Source: a candidate division WWE3 bacterium RAAC2_WWE3_1 (lineage in GTDB: Bacteria > Patescibacteriota > WWE3 > UBA101185 > UBA10185). From it: 64,000 nt of DNA. Both the position numbers and the translations under genes were made by a program. The notes below the pieces were generated by a model. The model did no database searches, had not been told where the DNA came from, and worked only from the letters and a program-made list of their open reading frames with translations. Within the stretch, counting starts at the first letter, position 1. Every line of letters starts with the position of its first letter. The DNA lies in contig CP006914.1 in the NCBI GenBank assembly GCA_000503835.1, forward strand, positions 529,680 through 593,679. The letters run 5' to 3'. Positions 40,345 to 50,064 of the stretch are shown here, piece by piece.

Positions 40345-40408
40345 GCATGTTGGGGCAACCTGACATGCACTAAAAGAGGCCAGGGATTTATCCCGGGTCT
40401 CTTTTTTT
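40345..40408 (+). ncRNA. Candidate small RNA (GNRA hairpin + terminator)
   Basis: GCATGTTGGG-GCAA-CCTGACATGC, then AAAAGAGGCCAGGGA-TTTA-TCCCGGGTCTCTTTTTTT. Confidence 0.5.
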
Positions 40409-40437
40409 ATTTCTGCTTATATTTTGGAAGGCTTTCC

Positions 40438-40514
40438 TGGTCGGGGTGGGCGGACTCGAACCGCCGGCCTCACGGTCCCGAACCGTGCACTCTAGCCAAC
40501 TGAGCTACACCCCG
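40438..40514 (-). tRNA. tRNA-Pro(CGG)
   Basis: Full cloverleaf, anticodon arm CACGG-TTCGGGA-CCGTG, encoded CCA. Confidence 0.95.
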
Positions 40515-40621
40515 AAGAGCGAATACGACGGGGGCGTGCAAAAGGAAGCAACCTTGTATTCAAGGTGAGCAGGCCTTTACACCCCACGAAAAACCTCAAG
40601 GCAAAAAGCTACATCTTAAAA

Positions 40622-40762
40622 TGGTGCCCCCGGCGGGAATTGGTCACCGGTACTCGCCTGCTGGCTCGTCCGTCGACCCCGGCTCGGCACCGTCGTGCCT
40701 GCGCCATTCAATCCCCTTACGGGCAGAAACCCGACCGCCACCTTCGGTGACGTTCGTGTTTC
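40622..40762 (-). mobile_element. tRNA-linked mini-element ending in a 21-bp copy of the tRNA-Arg 3' end
   Basis: 40622-40642 is identical to 40763-40783. Confidence 0.55.
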
Positions 40763-40837
40763 TGGTGCCCCCGGCGGGAATTGAACCTGCATCTTATTCT
40801 TAGGAGGAACACGTTCTATCCGTTGAACTACGGGAGC
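40763..40837 (-). tRNA. tRNA-Arg(CCT)
   Basis: Cloverleaf, anticodon loop CTCCTAA, CCA end; A-C mismatch in the T stem. Confidence 0.9.
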
Positions 40838-40867
40838 AAAGCAATAAGATTTTAACACACAAACCCC

Positions 40868-42415
40868 CTACTTCGTGACAACAAACATTTCCGAAGGCAG
40901 TCGGTACTTTTCAATCAATTCTTTGTTAAGAACACCGTTTCTTACCAATATAAGCGCGAAATCGTCTACATAAACCGGCACCCATTCATGGTCGGCAAGT
41001 CTCGTGATAAGGAAGGGCTGCGCCCAGGGTGTGAAATCCCTTCTGTAAAAGAAAATAACGTTGAAATTGTGTCGGGCCATTACCTCTTTCCACTTTTCCT
41101 CGTTTTCCTGCATAGGAACGTAGGTTTCTGTGAAAAAATCCTCCGGGTAAGCTTCCGGTCTGTTGTCGACAAATACTTTTTCACGCGGGTATAAGCCATA
41201 AATCAGGTAACTTCCTATATCGTAGTTGTTAAAAACAGGTCCTTTTAGGCTGTTTCTGTTGAAAAATTCCAACGATTCCATTGAATCTTTTCCCAGGCCG
41301 ACGCCGAAACCGGGTTGAAAAGGCGAAAAATAAGTGCCCGGGATTAGGCTCAGCCCTATTACAACAAACAAGGCTCCGTAAATAAAAACTTTCTTTTTAA
41401 TTTCGCCCAAAACAAGTGTCATCACAGGAATTGCAGTGATAACAAAAAGCGGGATTGCTCTAAGATACTTTCCCCCGAGAACCAAAAATATCAGGGAAAT
41501 TACTATTCCGGGCAATTCGTCTTTCGCTTTCTTTTTGTAGAGCAGGTACGTTATACAACCAAGTAAAAATAATCCCGCAATCTCAAAGAAAAAATACTCG
41601 AACTTCGGATACCTGATTTGCATAAAGAATACTGACTGATTTTCGGATATCCTGTACCCGTAGTTTCTGAAGATGTTAAATGGAGTCAACAGACCTTCCA
41701 ATCCAAACGGATTAACCAAGCTTGCCAGAACAATCGAAAGTAGCAAGACAAGCACCTCCCACCTCTGCGTGCCAACTTTTTTGACTAATATAAAATAAAA
41801 AACGTATATCGCCGTAATGATAATTCCAAACACAAAAAAGATGTGGAAGTTTACCCAGAGTACCTGGAGGAGAAAGAGGAACGGGAGTAATAATTTTAGC
41901 TTAAACTGTCCAACCCCATATGATTCGAAAATATAAACGTACATAGCGAGTAAGAGGTAACTGAAGTTCTCCGGACGTACCTCATTGCGCGATGCAAAGA
42001 GAGGCGCGAGTAAAAGTAATGACAGCGCAAAGACACCAAAGAAGCATCTCTTTCTTACCGATAAATAAATAAAAAGTGCCGTTAAAGAGGCAAGAACTGC
42101 ATTAAGGAATGTGAGTCCCTCGAACCCGGATACTCTGTAAATTAGATAGAAAATGACCCCGACTCCCCAGTGATGAGTTACTACCGGGAAATCTGCATTT
42201 GTATACGAATAAAGGTTTGTCCTGAGAACGCTACCCTGCTCTACAAATAGCTTGCCGTTGACCAAATGTCTCCCCAGGTCGACGATCGGCAAATTTATCT
42301 TGGTAAGAAAAAAGAAACCGAAATACGTAAAAAGGAGGGTTTTGGGCAAAAGTCTAAGGAGCACGGGTAACATTTCCTTGAATACCAGGCCTGCTTTGTT
42401 GACAAAACGTGTCAT
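40868..42415 (-). CDS. Polytopic membrane protein, putative GT-C glycosyltransferase
   Basis: About 11 TMs; 'DLGRHL..G', 'RPENFS', 'LWVNFH..F', 'GSYLIY..KVFVDNR'; ATGA-coupled start. Confidence 0.7.
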   Translation of the reverse strand: MTRFVNKAGLVFKEMLPVLLRLLPKTLLFTYFGFFFLTKINLPIVDLGRHLVNGKLFVEQGSVLRTNLYSYTNADFPVVTHHWGVGVIFYLIYRVSGFEGLTFLNAVLASLTALFIYLSVRKRCFFGVFALSLLLLAPLFASRNEVRPENFSYLLLAMYVYIFESYGVGQFKLKLLLPFLFLLQVLWVNFHIFFVFGIIITAIYVFYFILVKKVGTQRWEVLVLLLSIVLASLVNPFGLEGLLTPFNIFRNYGYRISENQSVFFMQIRYPKFEYFFFEIAGLFLLGCITYLLYKKKAKDELPGIVISLIFLVLGGKYLRAIPLFVITAIPVMTLVLGEIKKKVFIYGALFVVIGLSLIPGTYFSPFQPGFGVGLGKDSMESLEFFNRNSLKGPVFNNYDIGSYLIYGLYPREKVFVDNRPEAYPEDFFTETYVPMQENEEKWKEVMARHNFNVIFFYRRDFTPWAQPFLITRLADHEWVPVYVDDFALILVRNGVLNKELIEKYRLPSEMFVVTK

Positions 42416-42726
42416 TTTTTCGAGAACCGGATAAATTCGCATACCTGTGTGCATTTGAACTCGCACCTATCCGCTATGCTTTCTTCTTTGTAGTGTCTAC
42501 AGGGACTGGCACAAAAGCTGTACAGGCCGTTTATACCCGCGCACTGTATCAGGTTTATATCCTCACACTCCCGGTATTTTTTTAACCAGGTACCACCGGC
42601 GTCTTTGCATGCGTCGGTTTTGTCTCCAACAGCAGCGCCGAGTATGTAGAAAGCTATACCCAAGGCTAACATTGCTAATATCAGCCTGGCTTCTTTGTTG
42701 GTCTTTAGCAAGACCCACAGATTCAT
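42412..42726 (-). CDS. Small TM-anchored Cys-rich protein
   Basis: One TM plus 8 Cys ('C..AGGTW..EC', 'CASPCRH', 'C..VCEF'); TATAAT 6 nt upstream. Confidence 0.75.
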   Translation of the reverse strand: MNLWVLLKTNKEARLILAMLALGIAFYILGAAVGDKTDACKDAGGTWLKKYRECEDINLIQCAGINGLYSFCASPCRHYKEESIADRCEFKCTQVCEFIRFSKK

Positions 42727-42818
42727 ATTTAAATTATATACAGGAAGACGGAGGGGGTATAGATAGAGACGAGATTAGACGTTGTTAGATGATAGTAACA
42801 TCCCCGAGCCACCCCACA

Positions 42819-42847
42819 TTGACCAACTATAGGTCATATGATAGAAT
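42819..42847 (+). promoter_or_regulatory. Promoter TTGACC-17-TAGAAT with overlapping palindrome TGACC-N7-GGTCA
   Basis: Seen directly; the downstream gene has an AGGAGG SD. Confidence 0.5.
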
Positions 42848-42904
42848 TGCCCACGGTAAAATTAACCGATCAACACACAGAAAACGCAGTATTTAGGAGG
42901 AAAC

Positions 42905-43273
42905 ATGTACTGGAAAAGAATGGTCTTTTACCTGGTTTTAGCGTTCGTTTTTCTTGCAGCAGCAAGACTCCTCACGGCGCTCAGTGTGGAACCAGAGTTA
43001 CTCCCCGACCTACTTCTCTTAACAAGTGGTATCTTCTCTGGAATGGCTATCACCCGAGTGTACACTCTTCTGAAGCTAAGGGGCGGAACACTAAGTATCC
43101 TTGGCTCAATACTTGCTATTCTGTTCTTTGCGGGCTTACTAGTATTCGCAAGCTTAAACCCGCTGGCGGCAAAAAACCCATTTAATATTTGGGTGGTTTT
43201 AGTCGACTTAGCGCTGTTGGCTTTATTAGGATTTGAGATTCGTGCCTTAGTAAAAGCACTGAGAAAGAAATAG
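42905..43273 (+). CDS. Small 4-TM membrane protein
   Basis: AGGAGG SD; four hydrophobic segments. Confidence 0.75.
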   Translation: MYWKRMVFYLVLAFVFLAAARLLTALSVEPELLPDLLLLTSGIFSGMAITRVYTLLKLRGGTLSILGSILAILFFAGLLVFASLNPLAAKNPFNIWVVLVDLALLALLGFEIRALVKALRKK

Positions 43274-43332
43274 CAGTCGCTAAAAAGCAGTCATTTTTTT
43301 CCCAAAAGGAAGATGGCTGCTTATTTTTTTTC

Positions 43333-43470
43333 TGGTGGAGGGAGTTTTACTTCGTAAAGCAATTCTGCTCACTTCGTTCGCAGAAATGTGTGACTCGAAC
43401 CTGCTTCGCGGTACGACCAGACGCCCCTCAAACAAAAAATATCCGGCGGTAAACGCCGGCCACTTTTTGT
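43333..43470 (-). mobile_element. tRNA-linked mini-element ending in a degenerate copy of the tRNA-Ser 3' end
   Basis: 43333-43345 TGGTGGAGGGAGT vs 43471-43483 TGGCGGAGGGAGT. Confidence 0.45.
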
Positions 43471-43560
43471 TGGCGGAGGGAGTGGGAGTCGAACCCACGA
43501 TGCCCTTGCGGGCATAGCAGTTTTCAAGACTGCCGCACTAGGCCACTATGCGATCCCTCC
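43471..43560 (-). tRNA. tRNA-Ser(TGA)
   Basis: Long variable arm, anticodon arm GCAGT-CTTGAAA-ACTGC, GCCA end. Confidence 0.95.
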
Positions 43561-43593
43561 GGGCCGTGTAAATTATACTAGTAAAAGCGCCAA

Positions 43594-44685
43594 TCAACCA
43601 ATAAGTATTGTGTATATCTGTTCGACCATGGAAAGCACTACGCTGGCGCCGGACAGGCTGTAAGACTCTATCCCCTCATCATCCGGCAATACCAGGGGCT
43701 TTTTCACCACCTCTATTTCCTTTCCATTATTTTGGAACGAGAAACTGGGAGAAATCTCGAACTCATCCACATAAGACAGTGCGCGGTCAACCGGGATTGT
43801 ATTTCTTAGGAGTACTTTTGGGATGCCCTGCAGTGAATTCGCAACCCGAATAAGCTCACCCTCTGTATCGAGTCTCTCCCTTATAGACTCCTTTCCGCCC
43901 GAGTCCCCCTCTTTTGCAACCAATATCTCCTTTCCATAGCCGGAACACCCCTCGTTGTCACAAAGCAGTACGTACTCATTCCCCCGGTCGCCTGAAACAA
44001 CAAATCTAGAGGGATTTAGTGTTATATTTTTAGAAGTTTTGCATAATGGGCATATTCTTCTTCCTGTCATTCTCAAATCTATAAGGCTTTCCGGTACGTC
44101 GATGAGTATAAAAAAATCCGGGTCGTCGCGATGATTAATCAGATTACGAAAATAAAGCGAGTATGAAATCTGATCTAAATTCCGAGGCATCCCGTCTATA
44201 AATAACGCCTTATTACCAACCTTATCAATTTCCATTTTAACAAGAGCGAGAACCAGCTCTGTGGGAAGGAGGGTGCTTTGGTTCCGATTTTGCAACGAGG
44301 TAAGTGCGTTCGCTACGGAAAGAAATCCCCGGTAATTAGAGGCAAAGTAATTTTCTATCTCCGACCTTTTGTCAGAAAAAGTGAGTTCTTCTTCCGTCTT
44401 TCTTATTACGTCGCCTATTGATATGTGTTGGAATCTGGTCGGACCGACTATTTCTTCAAACATTTTGGCATAAGTACCCTTGCCTGCCTGTTTTTTTGCC
44501 ACCATGTAACCTACAAAGGTTTGTCTGTCCAATAGCTCCTTAAGTTTTTCTACCTTATCGCCCAGTTTTTCGTTGAAATACAATCTTCTATCCAACGGGT
44601 CGCTAAGGTCAAAGTCCCTGCTTACGGGGTAAGATTTGGAATTAAATAGGGGTATTTTCAGGGGTTCGTGCGTAACATTATGCAT
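43594..44685 (-). CDS. Adenylate kinase-like nucleoside monophosphate kinase
   Basis: 'QAGKGT', 'HISIGDVIR', 'FIDGMPRNLDQ', LID 'RMTGRRICPLC'. Confidence 0.8.
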   Translation of the reverse strand: MHNVTHEPLKIPLFNSKSYPVSRDFDLSDPLDRRLYFNEKLGDKVEKLKELLDRQTFVGYMVAKKQAGKGTYAKMFEEIVGPTRFQHISIGDVIRKTEEELTFSDKRSEIENYFASNYRGFLSVANALTSLQNRNQSTLLPTELVLALVKMEIDKVGNKALFIDGMPRNLDQISYSLYFRNLINHRDDPDFFILIDVPESLIDLRMTGRRICPLCKTSKNITLNPSRFVVSGDRGNEYVLLCDNEGCSGYGKEILVAKEGDSGGKESIRERLDTEGELIRVANSLQGIPKVLLRNTIPVDRALSYVDEFEISPSFSFQNNGKEIEVVKKPLVLPDDEGIESYSLSGASVVLSMVEQIYTILIG

Positions 44686-45274
44686 AGCTTTGGTCGTACT
44701 TGTACAACTCTTCGTGTACTCTTTTGTATGAACAAATTTCGTCAGGTTTAAACCAAAGCGATATCTCTTCCTCAGCTTCTCCTATTGAACCGGAAGCGTG
44801 TATAAGATTATAAATTGTTCTCTTCCTTCTGTTCGCGGCGATGGCAGAATCCAGGGAATAATCCCCTCTGATCGTACCCGGCGCAGCCTTTACAGGCACC
44901 GTGTCTCCTGATAGCGCACGTACTCTTTCGACGACGTTTACTCCTTCGAGCACTATTGCTAAAACGGAACCGGACATCAAGAATTCTGCATTCCAGCCTT
45001 TCACAAGTTCACCGACTTCCAAAGGGTCTGTGGTTCCCATATTAGCCATGAGATCTATGTTGTACTTGATACAGTCATCTATCGTCCTTTGACCTACCTT
45101 CATTTTCCATTCTTTAGAATCAGGATAGTGCCTGCTTGCTAACTCTTTGTCCGGTTTAACAAGCTTCATAGCCACCATTTTCATTCCGGCGCGCTCAAAA
45201 CGATGTATTATTTCGCCGACAATACCTCTCTGAACTGCATCCGGTTTTAATAGAACTAAAGTTCTTTCGATCAT
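44678..45274 (-). CDS. ndk: Nucleoside diphosphate kinase
   Basis: 'ERTLVLLKPDAVQRG', 'PGTIRGD', 'NLIHAS'. Confidence 0.95.
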   Translation of the reverse strand: MIERTLVLLKPDAVQRGIVGEIIHRFERAGMKMVAMKLVKPDKELASRHYPDSKEWKMKVGQRTIDDCIKYNIDLMANMGTTDPLEVGELVKGWNAEFLMSGSVLAIVLEGVNVVERVRALSGDTVPVKAAPGTIRGDYSLDSAIAANRRKRTIYNLIHASGSIGEAEEEISLWFKPDEICSYKRVHEELYKYDQSYA

Positions 45275-45301
45275 GGGTAATTTATAACACCGGGCATTTA
45301 T

Positions 45302-46381
45302 TTAGTCTAGAACAATATCCGAAAGCCCGTAGCTACCGTCCTGATAAACGGACAGGACGCTAAATCTCGATGACTGGAGTGCCTTTTGGGGGTATTCGTT
45401 GAGACTCGAAGTTATGGCACCGACCACATAGTGCATTAGACTTGACCTTTTCGGGTCTACCAAAGAAGAAGATTTATGGTGATCCCCGGCAATTAATGCT
45501 TTCACGTCGGGGGAATCTCTAACCAAAGAGAGGAGCATTTCCCCCTGGCTACGGACTGCCTCCTGCTTTTCAACCAAGGTAGAATCAGTGACCTCACCGT
45601 TCGTACTGCCCATAAAAATTCTGTTAAAAGGGGGCGCCAATTCTTCGGTATATAGGGGCTGGGACACCAGGAAAAAATCTGCGTCAGGCAGCTGAGTCTC
45701 CAACCATGAAATAGCTTTTGGTGTAATTACAGTGTAGTTAGCAGCGTTGCTAAAATATACGAAATTATAACCCGCGATGTCAGTCTCCCCGTACTCAGTA
45801 CCAAACACAGAAGTAAAATTACTGGTGTCAACTGAGTCCGCAAGATCATGATCCCCCGGTAAAACAAAATATTCTACACCCGACCCTTCCAAAATATCCT
45901 TAATTTTTGTCAGTGAGGGAACATCTCCAAAACTCGTTACATCTCCCAGGATGAAAACGTCTTCTATCCCGCGCTCCCGTATCTTTTCCAAAGCAACTTT
46001 TAAATTGGCGGCATCGTCGTGAATGTCTGACATTATGGCAATTTCAACTACGACGTCCTTACCGGCATACACATTTTTATCAACCTCTTCCTCCGGTCTG
46101 CTTGAAGACACTCCGGAGCCCAGATTTGTCTGGGAAATACGTTCGGCGAACTTTCCCGCCACTTCTCCTATTTGTTCTTCATTCACATTAATATTAATCT
46201 TGGCGAGCAGGGAAGAAGATATCTCTCCGAAACGGGCCGAGTCTATGGCGTAAAGCTCTTTTGCCCCGAGCGTAACACCAAGAACCAATGCACTAAGAAC
46301 AACCACGGAAAGAACGAATCTCACAAAGCGGAGACCCGGATGTGTAGAAGAACTCTTGCTTTTTGACTTACGCCCTAACAT
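45302..46381 (-). CDS. Membrane-anchored metallophosphoesterase
   Basis: 'SDIH', 'LGDVT', 'PGDHD', 'GDHH'. Confidence 0.85.
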   Translation of the reverse strand: MLGRKSKSKSSSTHPGLRFVRFVLSVVVLSALVLGVTLGAKELYAIDSARFGEISSSLLAKININVNEEQIGEVAGKFAERISQTNLGSGVSSSRPEEEVDKNVYAGKDVVVEIAIMSDIHDDAANLKVALEKIRERGIEDVFILGDVTSFGDVPSLTKIKDILEGSGVEYFVLPGDHDLADSVDTSNFTSVFGTEYGETDIAGYNFVYFSNAANYTVITPKAISWLETQLPDADFFLVSQPLYTEELAPPFNRIFMGSTNGEVTDSTLVEKQEAVRSQGEMLLSLVRDSPDVKALIAGDHHKSSSLVDPKRSSLMHYVVGAITSSLNEYPQKALQSSRFSVLSVYQDGSYGLSDIVLD

Positions 46382-46400
46382 TGATAGTAGTATAAAGCTT

Positions 46401-48191
46401 TTACATCTTTTCCACTACTTCGATACCCAAAAGACCTAGTGCTTGCTTCAATACGACCATCGTCGCGTGGGACAAAAAGAGACGGAATTTCCTGGCACTT
46501 TCGGAGGACGCGTCCAAAATCGGCAGTTCACCGTAAAAAGAGTTGAATTTCTGGCCAACCTCGAAAGCATAATTTGCAATCTGGTTAGGAGAATACTCAT
46601 TTGCGGACTTCGCTACAAACTCCGGAAAATGTACCAGAACCGATGCCAACGCCCTTTCTTTGAAGTGCATTGAAAATTCCTTAGGGATAGCTTCATATTT
46701 GAACTTCCCGCCGTCTATCTCGAACCCAGCTTTTTCAAGCACCGATCCGGCTCTTGCATACGTGTATAACAAATACGGACCGGTGTTTCCTTCAAATTTG
46801 GTTACCTGTTCGTAGTTAAATACAACATCCTGCTTAGTATCAACTTTGAGCATTCCGTACTTGAAGGCCGCTAAAGCTACCCGTTCTGCCGTTTCCCGGA
46901 CTATTTTAGGCGATTTTATACTGTTGCGGATTTCCTCCTCTTCGAGAGACACCAGATCTTCCAACACGTCATCTGCGTTGACTACCAGACCCGTGCGCGA
47001 AGACATTTTTCCCCGAGGAAGAGAAACCATGCCGTAAGCGATGTGAACCAATCTATCCGACCAGTCAAAACCCAAAAGCTCAATTATTTTGAACAACTGC
47101 CTGAAATAGTCAGACTGTCTTACATCGACCACGTACAATCTTTTGTCGAACTTATATTTGTCGTAACTTTCTTTTGCCAGTTGAAGTTCCTTGGTGGAGT
47201 AGACCGACGTGCCGTCGCTTCTTAATAAAACTTTATCAGAAAGTCCGTATTTTTCGAGCTTCGCAATAATAGCTCCGGTCCCGTCTTTCACGGCCAATCC
47301 CTTTTCCAAAGCCAGCAATGCAATCTCTTTTCCGACATTAATCTTTTCGCTTTCATACTCCCAAACGTCGAACTCTACCTTCTGGTCTGAATAGGTCTTT
47401 TTCCAGCCCTCATATACCCAGGAATTCATCTTTTCCCAAACCGCCCTTACTTCTTTATCTCCGGCTTCCCATCGTCTGAGCAGTTCCTGAGCTTCATTCT
47501 CAATTTCGGGGTTTTTCTCGTGCTCCACCTCATACATTGTATAAAAGTCGCCCACGTAGTGATCGCTTTTTTTATCCGGAAGAGCTTCGTTACCATGTTT
47601 CATGTACATCAGCATGCTTTTACAGATGTGTATGCCGATGTCTCCCACGTAATTCGTCTTCACAACATCGTAGCCGCAATAAGCCAAAATCCCGGAAAGG
47701 GAAGAACCGATAAAGTTATTTCTGGCGTGTCCTATGTGCTGGGGTTTGTTGGTATTAGGCTGGGAGTATTCGACAATTACCCTTTTTCCCTTACCGAAAT
47801 CGGCTGACCCATAGGACTTGTCTACGAGGTTAATATCCATAGTGTTGTGGAAAAGGAATTTGTCACTTAGCGTAAAGTTTATAAAGCCCGGAGCATGGGG
47901 TTCGATTTTTTCGAAAATAGGGTACAACATACCCTCGAATTCTATCTTCGGGTTCTCGGATGAAATTTCGTGCGCAACCTCAGTTGCTATCTCAAAAGGA
48001 ATTCTATCCAGCTTTTTTGCTAAGCCGAATGAAATGTTAGTGGAGTAGTCGCCGAAGCTTTCATTTTCCGGCGGGTCCGCGACTATGCTCAAACCGTCTA
48101 ACTCATAGAGTTTATAAACGGCCTTAGAAATTAGGTCTTCTGCCGTTCTCTTAACTTGGGATTTTCTAATTTCCATAGACAAAAGCATCAT
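46401..48191 (-). CDS. argS: Arginine--tRNA ligase
   Basis: 'EYSQPNTNKPQHIGHARN', 'KMSSRTG', 'GNTGPYLLYTYAR'. Start uncertain (48176-48200). Confidence 0.96.
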   Translation of the reverse strand: MMLLSMEIRKSQVKRTAEDLISKAVYKLYELDGLSIVADPPENESFGDYSTNISFGLAKKLDRIPFEIATEVAHEISSENPKIEFEGMLYPIFEKIEPHAPGFINFTLSDKFLFHNTMDINLVDKSYGSADFGKGKRVIVEYSQPNTNKPQHIGHARNNFIGSSLSGILAYCGYDVVKTNYVGDIGIHICKSMLMYMKHGNEALPDKKSDHYVGDFYTMYEVEHEKNPEIENEAQELLRRWEAGDKEVRAVWEKMNSWVYEGWKKTYSDQKVEFDVWEYESEKINVGKEIALLALEKGLAVKDGTGAIIAKLEKYGLSDKVLLRSDGTSVYSTKELQLAKESYDKYKFDKRLYVVDVRQSDYFRQLFKIIELLGFDWSDRLVHIAYGMVSLPRGKMSSRTGLVVNADDVLEDLVSLEEEEIRNSIKSPKIVRETAERVALAAFKYGMLKVDTKQDVVFNYEQVTKFEGNTGPYLLYTYARAGSVLEKAGFEIDGGKFKYEAIPKEFSMHFKERALASVLVHFPEFVAKSANEYSPNQIANYAFEVGQKFNSFYGELPILDASSESARKFRLFLSHATMVVLKQALGLLGIEVVEKM

Positions 48192-48196
48192 ATCAT

Positions 48197-49027
48197 TCAA
48201 CGTGATCTTATAACAACATTCCCTGCCTTATCGGTGCGTATTACACCGCACCCGGCCTTTTCAAGTTCCTCAACGACCGATGGGGAAGGATGCCCGAAAG
48301 TGTTGTCTTTACCCACGGAGATCACGCAAATCCGGGGTTTGAGCTCAGCCACCAGCTCCCGGCTATACCCATTTACAGCGCCGTGGTGGGCAATTTTCAA
48401 CACGTCCAGCCTCCCCGAAATTAGCCTTTTCAGCTTCCTGAGATCTAACCTCTCCTGCGCCTCTGCTTCGAGGTCGCCCGGGAACAGGGCATCAAAATCC
48501 CTATATTTTAGAAGTAAAACGACTGAGGCGTTGTTAAGGTTTTTGGGCATTTCATTAATATTCCCGAAAGGTACGAACAGTTTTATAAATACACCGTTTA
48601 TGACGAATTGTTCCCCGTCAAAAGTTTTTTTAACTTTATTTTTATGATTATTTTTTACGTTTTCGGGCACGGCTCGTCCGTCAAGAACAACGTCGTTATA
48701 TCTAAGTATGTCAAATTTACACCTTTCGAGGATTCGTTTGAAACCCACAAAATGGTCGGCGTGGGTGTGGGTCAAAATTACCAGCGGCAGTCTGCAAACC
48801 AGACCCGTCCTTTCCAGAATGTATTTATCCGCCGTATAATCAGCCCCGCCGTCAATTAATACCAGCGGCCTTCCGTTCAATTCAATGTAGATACCATCCC
48901 CCTGCCCCACATCCACAACATGTATCGCCAAACCGGGTTCGTTTATTGAATGCCTACCCGCCACCAGTTGAAAAACCAAGATATAGACAACAACAAAAGC
49001 TAATTGAAAAGGAACGGGACCTTTCAT
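48197..49027 (-). CDS. ComEC/Rec2-type metallo-beta-lactamase domain protein
   Basis: 'DVGQGD', 'LIDGG', 'THTHADH', 'LKIAHHG', 'ISVGKDNTFGHP'. Confidence 0.9.
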   Translation of the reverse strand: MKGPVPFQLAFVVVYILVFQLVAGRHSINEPGLAIHVVDVGQGDGIYIELNGRPLVLIDGGADYTADKYILERTGLVCRLPLVILTHTHADHFVGFKRILERCKFDILRYNDVVLDGRAVPENVKNNHKNKVKKTFDGEQFVINGVFIKLFVPFGNINEMPKNLNNASVVLLLKYRDFDALFPGDLEAEAQERLDLRKLKRLISGRLDVLKIAHHGAVNGYSRELVAELKPRICVISVGKDNTFGHPSPSVVEELEKAGCGVIRTDKAGNVVIRSR

Positions 49028-50043
49028 TTATGTTTTTCCTTTGCCCTGATAATAAAAATGGTCAACGCTAAAAATACGGCGTAATAAAACACAAGCATTG
49101 GCAAAGACATCTTCCACGCCACGCTGGCGTTATTAGACCCCGAGAAAAAATTTACGGTGTTGATAAAAAAATCGCAAAAAGGAAAAAGGAGCATCCATAT
49201 AAATTTTGACGGGAGCAGTAACGCCGGAATGCCGAGCACCGTGGTTATAGGAACCGTCCACAAAACGAGGGCGTTTACCACCAAACTTATAAGACTTACC
49301 TGCCCAAACATTCCCGATATTAAAGGCCAAACCATTATCTGGGCGGCAAAACTTGCCGAAAAATCCCCCAATATAGACCATTTGTGTTTAAGTAACTTTA
49401 AAAGAAAACTTTCGACGGGATCAGCGAAAACAATTAACCCGAACGTGGCGAGAAAACTCAGGTACGTACTCGCGCTGAAAAAATTGCCCGGATTGATAAG
49501 CAGCACGCCAAAATAAGAGACAACCAGTAAACGCAATGAATTCAACAGGCGGCCGGAAAACTTTCCGACCAACATAAAAGAAGACATCACCCAGGCCCTT
49601 AATACCGGCGGTTCAAAACCCGTAAAGGCCGCGTAACCGAAAGTGGTAATTATAGTGAGTATTAGGTTCTTAACTTTGTACGGACTGCCGAAAATCTTCA
49701 AAGCATAACCGGCGATCAGACTCATGTTAAACCCCGAGACCACGACCACATGGATTGTTCCCGTCCGCTTTAACGCATCCTTGAAACGCGGAGATTTCGA
49801 AAGGTCGTCGACACCGATCGTCATACCCAGCACAAGCTCACTATGCGGGCTTGGGAGAAACTTTCTCGCCCTTTCCGATAAATGTTGCTTAACAGGCTCG
49901 AAAAACTCAAACGGACCCTTTTCAGGGCGCGGGGTGCAAGAAAAAATACTGCCCTGAGACTTGCAAAAATATAATACGCGTAGAGCCGTAACTAACATAA
50001 GAAGTAAAAATCCGATGTTCCGTTTTAGTAATTTCATCCTCAC
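49024..50043 (-). CDS. comEC: ComEC competence (membrane channel) domain
   Basis: 'TGTIHVVVVSGFN', 'PPVLRA', 'YLSFLAT'. Confidence 0.9.
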   Translation of the reverse strand: MRMKLLKRNIGFLLLMLVTALRVLYFCKSQGSIFSCTPRPEKGPFEFFEPVKQHLSERARKFLPSPHSELVLGMTIGVDDLSKSPRFKDALKRTGTIHVVVVSGFNMSLIAGYALKIFGSPYKVKNLILTIITTFGYAAFTGFEPPVLRAWVMSSFMLVGKFSGRLLNSLRLLVVSYFGVLLINPGNFFSASTYLSFLATFGLIVFADPVESFLLKLLKHKWSILGDFSASFAAQIMVWPLISGMFGQVSLISLVVNALVLWTVPITTVLGIPALLLPSKFIWMLLFPFCDFFINTVNFFSGSNNASVAWKMSLPMLVFYYAVFLALTIFIIRAKEKHK

Positions 50044-50064
50044 CCTTATCCGCCACGGTAAAAA

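Noticed and set aside
40565-40858. Short ORFs across tRNA-Arg and its trailer (also 43280-43517, 56588-56794)
   Set aside because: They overlap tRNA genes, terminators or hairpin elements and have no protein features.
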